From an uncultured Bacilli bacterium (GTDB lineage Bacteria; Bacillota_I; Bacilli_A; RF39; UBA660), in contig CALVQO010000002.1 of assembly GCA_944358145.1 (NCBI GenBank), positions 1-44,506 of the forward strand: a DNA stretch of 44,506 bases. The letters are read 5' to 3'. Each line of letters begins with the position of its first letter. Within the stretch, counting starts at the first letter, position 1. Below are positions 27,240-35,011 of the stretch, piece after piece. Below the pieces are notes generated by a model. The model ran no database searches, was not told where the DNA came from, and was given only the letters and a program-made list of their open reading frames with translations. A program made the translations under genes and the position numbers.

Positions 27240-29735
27240 ATGAGTGAACAAACAATCAAAAATAATCTTTTAAGTATAATTGAAGAATCAGAACAATTAC
27301 AAGTAAATGATTTAGAAGTAGTGCCAGGAACAAGAATAAGAGTAAAAAAGGGAAGAGTAGAAGAATTTTTAAACAATGCCAAATTATATTATCAATTAAA
27401 AAATGGAGTAATTTTAACTACTCCCAATGCTTTAAATGAAATAAAACAAGTTTACTATGAATTATCTGATGAATTAGCTAAACAATTTAAAGAAAACTTA
27501 ATATCTAAAGTATCGAATATATATTCTGTAAACAAAGAAGAAGGAAAAAGATTAGAAGAACTAAATAAAAGTTTAGAAAGTAATCTTAAAGATCAAGAAA
27601 AATACCGCAAAGTAGAAAATGAATTAAGAAAAAGAGCTCCAGAAGAACCAAGAATATGGGAAGAAATAGCTAGTGTTCAAGAATATATTAAGAGTTTAGA
27701 AAATGATGAAATAAAGTTGAGAAATACTATCGCTGAAATCAAAGATAAAGTAAATAACTCTACCAAACAAATCATTGAAGAGCAAATGCAAATATTAAGA
27801 AATAACTACATAAAAGCCAAACCAAGAAATCACGAAACTGGATTTGATGGTGCACCAATATTAAGTTATGATAAAGAAGAATATGATAATTTATATATTT
27901 TATTGAAAGTAATTGAAAACGTAAATGAAAAATTACCAATTATAAATGTAAATGATTCATTATTTGTAAATCCTCATCAAGTAGATACCACCAAAGTATT
28001 ACTACCTAAACTAAATTTTTTAAGAACAGCGAATATAGAAATAACTTCAAAGAAACCTGAGTTATTAGAATTAAACACAGAATTAAAAGAACAAATCACT
28101 TTAGAATTAAAAGAATTAATTAAACGGGCGAAAGAACATCCTAATGAACCACTAGCTCCAGGTAAAGAAGTTTTAGCAAGTGATTTAGAAAAATATAATC
28201 TATTAGCAAGACAATTTGAAATCTTAACAATGATTTATGATACCGATGAATTAACAACTGTTGAAAATGCTCAAATTCCTGTTGAAAAAGAGCAAGAATA
28301 TAAAATGATTAGTAATAAATTATCCAGTTTAAAAGAAAAACAAAAGGCACCAAAAGAAATCGATTTAAGTGTTAATCAAGCTCTAATTGAACAAATTAGA
28401 AAAGAAATCAATGATCTTGTTACCAATATATCATTAAATAATGATGGTTTAGAAAGATTTAATCTTTTAGCAAGACAAATTGAGATTCTAAATAATGTGG
28501 ATAAAAAAGGTAAATTAATTCAAGTTGAAAATATTATAATTAATGCAGAATTTGCTCATGAATATAAAGAAATTTTAACGAAATTAGAAGAACTAAAAAA
28601 TAAGAAAGAAGCATCACCATTAATTATAAATGAGTCATTAATAAAAGATACAGAAGCCCAAATCAATAGTTTACGTGAGCATGATCAAGTATCTCCTATA
28701 AACTTAGAAGAATACGAACTTTTAAACAAGAAAATAAATATTTTAAAAGAAGTAAAATCAACGGACAGTTTAGTTTCAATTGATGGAGCAACCATTTCTG
28801 CATTAAAAATAGATGAGTATGTTGATATTTTAGAAAAATTAAATAATCTTAAAAAAGCTAAAGATGAACCAACTAAACCAGAGGAAATACAAATAGAGCC
28901 TCCTAAAGAACCATTAAAAAGAAAAGCCGTAAAATTGATTAGAAAAACAACAAAAAAAGAATGGTGGCAACAAAACTGGAAAAAAGTTGCTGGAATAGGA
29001 TTATCTTTAACAGTCGTAGTAGCCGCATCAACCACATTAATTCCAACAATAATTTATGCTAATAGTTGTATAGCCTTAGCAAGTCCAGCCATAGCCGGAC
29101 CACTAGGAGCAATAAATAAAGTTTTAGCTAGTATTGGCAATGTATCGGCATCTAACCTAAACTTCAATATTGCCGCTTCTCATGCTTTTACTGCATCACT
29201 TACAGCTTTAGCTAAAATAGGTTTAATTGGTGGAGGAATAGTTGCTTCTTCCAAACTAATAAAGAGTTTAAGTAAAGAAAACACTTATTCAAATGAAGAA
29301 AAAGAAAATGCTAAAAATAAAATTAAAGAATTTGGTCAAGAAATACTTAAAGAAGCCAAAAGCTTAGGAAAAAAGATCAAAGATAAAAGTGTAGATTATT
29401 TAAATAGTATGAATAAAGATTTAGTAATAGGCGCTGATTTTAAAGAAATAGAAGAAAATGTAGGTAAGAAAATAGAAGAAGAGGATAGACTTGCAGCCGA
29501 AGAAAGAATAAATGAGCGTTATGAGCAAATCAAAAGTGAAGATACACCAATAGAATCTAAAGAAGAAATACCTGAGATTATTGGCATAAAATCAAGTCCA
29601 ATTAAGACGGTAATTCCTTTACCTGAGCAAATGCCAAGTAAATCATCATCAGTTACTATTCCTAATGATGATGAAATCGCTCAAATATTAAATAGCATTT
29701 TCCCAGAAGATACAAGTTTAGGAAGAGGTAGATAA
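27240..29735 (+). CDS. Large repeat-containing coiled-coil/membrane protein, function unknown
   Basis: ATG 27240 (MSEQTIKNN...) is preferred. Four internal modules begin at 27882, 28194, 28458 and 28713 (Y/F-x-LL-x-x-x-E-IL...V-EN...EY..I..KL..LK). An Ala/Gly-rich hydrophobic block lies at about 28975-29260, followed by an acidic tail. Confidence 0.6.
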   Translation: MSEQTIKNNLLSIIEESEQLQVNDLEVVPGTRIRVKKGRVEEFLNNAKLYYQLKNGVILTTPNALNEIKQVYYELSDELAKQFKENLISKVSNIYSVNKEEGKRLEELNKSLESNLKDQEKYRKVENELRKRAPEEPRIWEEIASVQEYIKSLENDEIKLRNTIAEIKDKVNNSTKQIIEEQMQILRNNYIKAKPRNHETGFDGAPILSYDKEEYDNLYILLKVIENVNEKLPIINVNDSLFVNPHQVDTTKVLLPKLNFLRTANIEITSKKPELLELNTELKEQITLELKELIKRAKEHPNEPLAPGKEVLASDLEKYNLLARQFEILTMIYDTDELTTVENAQIPVEKEQEYKMISNKLSSLKEKQKAPKEIDLSVNQALIEQIRKEINDLVTNISLNNDGLERFNLLARQIEILNNVDKKGKLIQVENIIINAEFAHEYKEILTKLEELKNKKEASPLIINESLIKDTEAQINSLREHDQVSPINLEEYELLNKKINILKEVKSTDSLVSIDGATISALKIDEYVDILEKLNNLKKAKDEPTKPEEIQIEPPKEPLKRKAVKLIRKTTKKEWWQQNWKKVAGIGLSLTVVVAASTTLIPTIIYANSCIALASPAIAGPLGAINKVLASIGNVSASNLNFNIAASHAFTASLTALAKIGLIGGGIVASSKLIKSLSKENTYSNEEKENAKNKIKEFGQEILKEAKSLGKKIKDKSVDYLNSMNKDLVIGADFKEIEENVGKKIEEEDRLAAEERINERYEQIKSEDTPIESKEEIPEIIGIKSSPIKTVIPLPEQMPSKSSSVTIPNDDEIAQILNSIFPEDTSLGRGR

Positions 29736-30004
29736 TGAATAAAGAAGATATTATCACATTAGAAGATAATTTAGAATACATGGTATTAGATACAGTAGAA
29801 TTAAATCAGGATAAATATTTATATTGTGTGAGTATTGATCAAGAAGAAATGCCTACAAATGAATATAAATATTTTAAAGAAATTAATGAAAATGGTAATT
29901 TATTTACCGCAGAAGTAGAAGATCAAAACATAATCGAAGCAATAACAGCTTTATTAGCAACTGATTATTTAGATAGTGTAACAGACGATGAACAAGACGT
30001 TTAA
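29735..30004 (+). CDS. DUF1292-like small acidic protein
   Basis: An 89-aa protein, ...IITLEDNLEYMVLDTVELNQDKYLYCVSID..., consistent with the DUF1292/UPF0473 pattern. Its start overlaps the upstream stop (TAATG). Confidence 0.45.
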   Translation: MNKEDIITLEDNLEYMVLDTVELNQDKYLYCVSIDQEEMPTNEYKYFKEINENGNLFTAEVEDQNIIEAITALLATDYLDSVTDDEQDV

Positions 30005-30014
30005 AAGGAAAGTT

Positions 30015-30182
30015 AAATAGAGAGTCAATGTTTGGTGGAAATTGATTAATGAACTTTTAAAAAATCACTTGGGAGTTGAATATTCGAAATAGTAGAATAT
30101 TACGTAACTTTGCGTTAAAAAGAAAAAGTAATAAATAAAGGTGGTACCGCGCATTTTGCGCCCTTTGGGTGCTACCTTTTTT
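30015..30182 (+). promoter_or_regulatory. T-box leader (tRNA-Ile sensing) controlling ileS
   Basis: AGAGAG box at about 30019. A distal stem TCAAT/ATTGA with a GGTGGAA loop. Candidate specifier AUC followed by A at 30064-30067. T-box sequence AAAUAAAGGUGGUACCGCG at 30133-30151. A terminator with arms 30137-30148 and 30168-30179 plus a U-run. Confidence 0.8.
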
Positions 30183-30201
30183 GTGTATAGAAGGAGGAAT
30201 T

Positions 30202-33200
30202 ATGAAAGAGTTTAAAAGTTTAGATAAACGTAATGTTAATGAAGTAGAAAAGGATATAAGGGCATATTGGGATAAAATAGATATTTTAAAGAAGTCAATT
30301 GAAACAAGAGATAAAGAAAATAATTTTGTTTTCTATGATGGTCCAGCAACGGCTAATGGTATGCCAGGACTTCATCATATGGTAGCAAAATTTCTAAAAG
30401 ATACTTTTTGTAAATATGAAACAATGCAAGGCTATAGAGTACTAAGAAAAATTGGATGGGATACTCATGGCTTACCAGTAGAAGTTCAAGTAGAAAAAAA
30501 GCTTGGTTTTAATGGTAAAGGTGATATTGAAAAATACGGAATTAAAGAATTTAATCAAAAATGCAGGGAAACAGTTTGGGAAAATGAAGATGCTTTTTCT
30601 AGACTAACAAAAGAAATGGGACAATTTATTGATTTAGATCATCCCTATATTACCTATGATAATAATTATATTGAAACAGAGTGGTGGATTTTAAAAAAAT
30701 TCTTTGATGAAGGCTTATTTTATGAAGGTTTAAAAATCCTTCCTTATTGTCCTAGATGTGGAACAGGACTAGCTTCTCATGAAGTTCAACAAGGATACAA
30801 AGAAATTGATGTAGATACAGTAGTTGTACCATTCAAAAGAATTGATGCTGATGAATATTTCTTAGTTTGGACAACAACTCCATGGACTTTAATTTCCAAT
30901 GTAGCTTTATGTGTAAATCCAGAAGAATATTATGTAAGAGTAGAGTCAAAAGGATATAAATTTATTCTTGCTGAAAAATTAGCCGCTAATATTTTAGGTG
31001 ATGAATATACCGTTTTAGATCGTTTTTTAGGAAGTACTTTAGAAAATGTTGGCTATGAGCAATTAATACCAAGCTTAACGGTAAACAAAAAAGCATTTTA
31101 TGTAACATGTGATACTTATGTAACGATGGAAGATGGAACAGGTATTGTCCACTTAGCTCCTGCTTTTGGTGCAGATGACTATGAAGTAGGAAGACGCTAT
31201 AATTTACCAATTTTAAATCCTGTTGGTGATGATGGATGTTATACTGAAGGTTTATGGAAAGGCATGAATGTATTTGAAGCCGATAAAGAAGTAATCAAAT
31301 ATTTAAAAGAAGAGGGCAAATTATTTAAAAAGATTCACATGAAGCACAACTATCCACACTGTTGGCGTTGCAACACTCCTCTAATTTATTATTCTAAACC
31401 AAGTTATTATTTAGAAATTACCAAATTTAAAGATAAAATAGTAGAAAATAACAAAAAAGTAAATTGGTATCCAGCCTATGTTGGTGAAAAAAGATTTGGT
31501 AATTGGCTAGAAAATTTAAATGACTGGGCCATTTCTAGAACTCGTTATTGGGGAACACCACTACCACTTTGGCGCTGTGAATGTGGATACATGGACATGA
31601 TAGGTTCACGTGCTGAATTAGTAGAAAAAGCAATTGAAGACATTGATGAAGAAATTGATTTACATCGTCCATATGTAGATGATGTTCACCTTAAATGTCC
31701 AAAATGTGGCAAAGTAATGAATCGTACACCTGAAGTAATTGACTGTTGGTTTGATTCAGGTTCCATGCCATTTGCACAATATCATTATCCTTTTGAAAAC
31801 ATGGATCTTTTTGAAAATCAATTTCCAGCAGACTTTATCTGTGAAGGAATAGATCAAACAAGAGGTTGGTTTTATTCTCTAATTGTAATTGGAACATTTG
31901 TAAAAGGAGTAAGTCCTTATAAAAATGTTTTAGTAAATGAATTATTATTAGATAAATATGGAAAAAAGATGCATAAATCCAAAGGAAATGCTATTGAACC
32001 ATTTAGTTTAATGGAACGTTTTGGTGTAGATACCATTCGTTGGTACTTACCGTATACTTCTCCGGTATGGACACCAATAAAATTTGATGAAGAAGGTCTA
32101 AAAGAAGTATATTCTAAATTCTTTAATCCTCTAAGAAATACATACAATTTCTTTGCTTTATATGCTAATACTGATCATATAGATATTGATGAATGTAAAG
32201 TAGAATATGAAGAATTAGAAGAAATAGATAAATGGTTATTATCTAAATATCATAATTTACTAAAATATGTAACGGAATCATACAATGAATATGATTTAAA
32301 TAAAGTAGTAAAAAGAGTAACTAATTTTGTATCTGAAGACTTATCTAACTGGTATATTAGAAGAAATAGAGATCGTTTCTGGGGAAGTAAGCTTGATAAT
32401 TCTAAAAAAGCAGTTTATCGTACCACCTATGAAGTATTAGTAGGCCTATCAAAAATGATCGCTCCAATAATTCCTTATTTAAGTGAAGAATTATATCAAA
32501 ACTTAACTGGTGAAGAATCTGTTCATTTAGCTAATTTCCCAAAATATAATACCGAATATATTAATGAATCATTAGAAGAAAAAATGGATACAGTAAGATC
32601 ACTAATAAGTATTGGTAGAAATGTTCGTGAAGAAGCAAAAATAAAGGTTAGAGAACCACTATCTGAATGTTTATTAAATTCTGATTTAGAATCCTTAATA
32701 GGAGATTTAAAAGAATTAATTTTAGAAGAATTAAATGTCAAAGAAGTAGTGTTTACAAGTGATTTAACCAAATACATGAGTTTCTTTGTTAAACCAAACT
32801 TTAAAGTAGCTGGTCCAATATTTGGTTCAAACATCAAAGTATTTAGTAATATTTTAGCTAATTTAACTGAAGAAGAAATTACTAAATTAAATCATAATGA
32901 AACAATTACGATAACTATTGATGATACCAATTATGACATTGATTCAAGTTATACTGACATAAGAATTAATGCTAAAGAAGGATATGATGTTGGTATGGAA
33001 AATAACTTATTTGTTATTTTAAATACAGTACGAAATGAAGCATTAATATTAGAAGGAATAGCACGTGAATTTGTATCAAAAGTTCAAAATGAAAGAAAAA
33101 AAGAAGATTATAATGTAGCAGATCGTATTACGATTGACTATAATGGTGATGAAGATATTAAAAAAGCTGTTGATATGTTTAAAGATTATGTTATGAATGA

Positions 33201-33294
33201 AACACTAGCAACAGAAATAACATTTAATGAGAGTCTAAATACTGAGTTAGATTTAAATGGTCATCAAGCTGGTATTATAACAAAGAGAGTTTAG
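30202..33294 (+). CDS. ileS: Isoleucine--tRNA ligase, long type-2 form
   Basis: ...GPATANGMPGLHHMVAKFLKD (HIGH-region variant), KMHKSKGN (KMSKS), a CP1 editing insertion and zinc-knuckle cysteines. 1030 aa from ATG 30202 (RBS GAAGGAGGA). Preceded by the T-box. Confidence 0.95.
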   Translation: MKEFKSLDKRNVNEVEKDIRAYWDKIDILKKSIETRDKENNFVFYDGPATANGMPGLHHMVAKFLKDTFCKYETMQGYRVLRKIGWDTHGLPVEVQVEKKLGFNGKGDIEKYGIKEFNQKCRETVWENEDAFSRLTKEMGQFIDLDHPYITYDNNYIETEWWILKKFFDEGLFYEGLKILPYCPRCGTGLASHEVQQGYKEIDVDTVVVPFKRIDADEYFLVWTTTPWTLISNVALCVNPEEYYVRVESKGYKFILAEKLAANILGDEYTVLDRFLGSTLENVGYEQLIPSLTVNKKAFYVTCDTYVTMEDGTGIVHLAPAFGADDYEVGRRYNLPILNPVGDDGCYTEGLWKGMNVFEADKEVIKYLKEEGKLFKKIHMKHNYPHCWRCNTPLIYYSKPSYYLEITKFKDKIVENNKKVNWYPAYVGEKRFGNWLENLNDWAISRTRYWGTPLPLWRCECGYMDMIGSRAELVEKAIEDIDEEIDLHRPYVDDVHLKCPKCGKVMNRTPEVIDCWFDSGSMPFAQYHYPFENMDLFENQFPADFICEGIDQTRGWFYSLIVIGTFVKGVSPYKNVLVNELLLDKYGKKMHKSKGNAIEPFSLMERFGVDTIRWYLPYTSPVWTPIKFDEEGLKEVYSKFFNPLRNTYNFFALYANTDHIDIDECKVEYEELEEIDKWLLSKYHNLLKYVTESYNEYDLNKVVKRVTNFVSEDLSNWYIRRNRDRFWGSKLDNSKKAVYRTTYEVLVGLSKMIAPIIPYLSEELYQNLTGEESVHLANFPKYNTEYINESLEEKMDTVRSLISIGRNVREEAKIKVREPLSECLLNSDLESLIGDLKELILEELNVKEVVFTSDLTKYMSFFVKPNFKVAGPIFGSNIKVFSNILANLTEEEITKLNHNETITITIDDTNYDIDSSYTDIRINAKEGYDVGMENNLFVILNTVRNEALILEGIAREFVSKVQNERKKEDYNVADRITIDYNGDEDIKKAVDMFKDYVMNETLATEITFNESLNTELDLNGHQAGIITKRV

Positions 33295-33381
33295 AAATAA
33301 ACTTTCTTTTTTTCTGCTAGCGTTTATCAAGTATTAAATTTCATATAAATAATTGTAGCATTTTTTAGAAAGGAAATTTAT

Positions 33382-34602
33382 ATGAATTTAAATGAATTAA
33401 AAATAAATGGTGTGAATGAAATTGAACTAAATGATTCCCTAGAAACCTCCTTACTAAGTTTAAAAATTTCAATAAATGAAAATACAGTCATACCAGAAAG
33501 TAACGAACTTACAATTTATGTAGATACTAATTCTACTCCAACAGAAAACAGAAAAACTTATACCTTTTCTTTAGAAGAAAAATTATCTATTGGCGATGTA
33601 TTTATTGCTGAACCAATAATAAAAAATAAAAAAATTGAATTAAAAGCGTATATAGAAAGAACAACAGATGAAATAGAAGATTTAGAATATCAAGATATTT
33701 CTTTATTTGCAGGAACAAATTATATTTATACCAATTATGAAAATGCTACTATAGATATAATGTATCCTAAAAATAATGATTTAGTAAAATATTATTTAAA
33801 TAATATTTTATATAGTTTAAATAATAAAGATAAAATATTAAGTTTAGATGATATTTATTTCAAAGATGCATTTACAAAAGTAGATGATAATATAAATGCA
33901 AGCTTTAATAATTTAAGTATCGATTGTCTATCATCAAATAATAATAAATTCAATCTAGATAGTGATGGAAATTTAACAGTAAATAGTATTACTGCTTCTT
34001 CAAATACAGGATCGGATATTGATTTTGATGAAATTTACCCAATTGGTTCAGTATATTTAAGTGTTAATTCTACTAACCCTAGTGTATATTTTGGTGGTAC
34101 TTGGGAACAAATAAATGGTTATTATTTATATGCTGGAAACACAAATGAAACTGGCGGAAGCAATACTTCCGGAGCCTCTTCTGGAAATACGGGAGCTACT
34201 ACATTAACATTAAGTCAAATTCCAAGTCATAGCCATTCCATTCCTTCTTTAAGTGGTACTGCAGCTTCCAATGGAACTCATGCTCACAATATCGGAGCAG
34301 ATTTCGATGGTGGAGCAGGAACTGCACGATATACTGTTCATTCCAGAGGAACATCAGGAGCTGGCTATTTAAAAGCTACAAGTTCAGATGGAGCACATAC
34401 TCATACTGTAACAACGAGTGCTAGTAATACTGGTTCATCAGGAAGTACAACCTCACATACTCACACCTTAAATAACCATACACATACAATCCTCCATTTT
34501 ACAGCTTATATGTATTTAAAAGAACAGCTTAAAAAAAGCATCATTGATGCTTTTTTAGTTTATCGCCAATTCCATATTTTAAAAAGTTCATACACTAACT
34601 AA
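33382..34602 (+). CDS. Phage tail-fibre/baseplate-like protein with five HxH motifs; 3' end apparently frameshifted
   Basis: ...IYPIGSVYLSVNSTNPSVYFGGTWEQINGYYLYAG..., a Gly/Ser/Thr-rich region, and SHSHS, THAHN, AHTHT, SHTHT, NHTHT (34225-34488). After 34488 the annotated frame reads through a terminator hairpin. The alternative frame gives NPPFYSLYVFKRTA* ending at 34532. Confidence 0.65.
   Translation: MNLNELKINGVNEIELNDSLETSLLSLKISINENTVIPESNELTIYVDTNSTPTENRKTYTFSLEEKLSIGDVFIAEPIIKNKKIELKAYIERTTDEIEDLEYQDISLFAGTNYIYTNYENATIDIMYPKNNDLVKYYLNNILYSLNNKDKILSLDDIYFKDAFTKVDDNINASFNNLSIDCLSSNNNKFNLDSDGNLTVNSITASSNTGSDIDFDEIYPIGSVYLSVNSTNPSVYFGGTWEQINGYYLYAGNTNETGGSNTSGASSGNTGATTLTLSQIPSHSHSIPSLSGTAASNGTHAHNIGADFDGGAGTARYTVHSRGTSGAGYLKATSSDGAHTHTVTTSASNTGSSGSTTSHTHTLNNHTHTILHFTAYMYLKEQLKKSIIDAFLVYRQFHILKSSYTN
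34533..34556 (+). terminator. Rho-independent terminator
   Basis: AGCATC (34537-34542) pairs with GATGCT (34546-34551), preceded by an A-run and followed by T5-6. Confidence 0.75.
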
Positions 34603-34615
34603 AGAGGGAGGTTAT

Positions 34616-34981
34616 ATGAAAAATATTAAAGCTTATGTAAACATTAAAACAGATTATGATTTAATTAATTTAAGAATAAAATTACTAGAAGAAAAAGAAT
34701 TACAAATTATAAAAGAAAAAAGTTCACTGGAAGAGTTCAAAACTAAATTATATGATATTTTAAATCAAATAGAAGAAAAACTAAAAGATTTAAAAGGAAT
34801 AGAAAGAGAATTATTTTATGAAGTAATTGTAAAAGGAACTAACATAACAAGAGCAGTAGATAAAGTATCAATAACTTATGATGTAGATCCATCAACTATT
34901 TGGAAATATTATTACCCTAAAATAAAAGATGATATAAAAATGATTGAAAAAGAAGCCAAGTCTAGCGAGATTCTAGTATAG
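34616..34981 (+). CDS. Small coiled-coil plus putative HTH protein (ArpU/sigma-70 region-4-like?)
   Basis: Strong RBS AGAGGGAGG. The N-terminal half is coiled-coil. The C-terminal half ...ERELFYEVIVKGTNITRAVDKVSITYDVDPSTIWKYYYPKI... resembles a region-4-type HTH. Weak assignment. Confidence 0.4.
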   Translation: MKNIKAYVNIKTDYDLINLRIKLLEEKELQIIKEKSSLEEFKTKLYDILNQIEEKLKDLKGIERELFYEVIVKGTNITRAVDKVSITYDVDPSTIWKYYYPKIKDDIKMIEKEAKSSEILV

Positions 34982-35011
34982 TCTTTCATATTTATATATC
35001 GGGGTGAAAAT

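Noticed and set aside
33382-34981. Intact prophage or phage-tail-like particle (tailocin) locus
   Set aside because: Only one tail-fibre-like gene and one small HTH-like gene are present. No sheath, tube, baseplate, tape-measure, capsid, terminase, lysis or integrase genes occur in the flanking 10 kb on either side.
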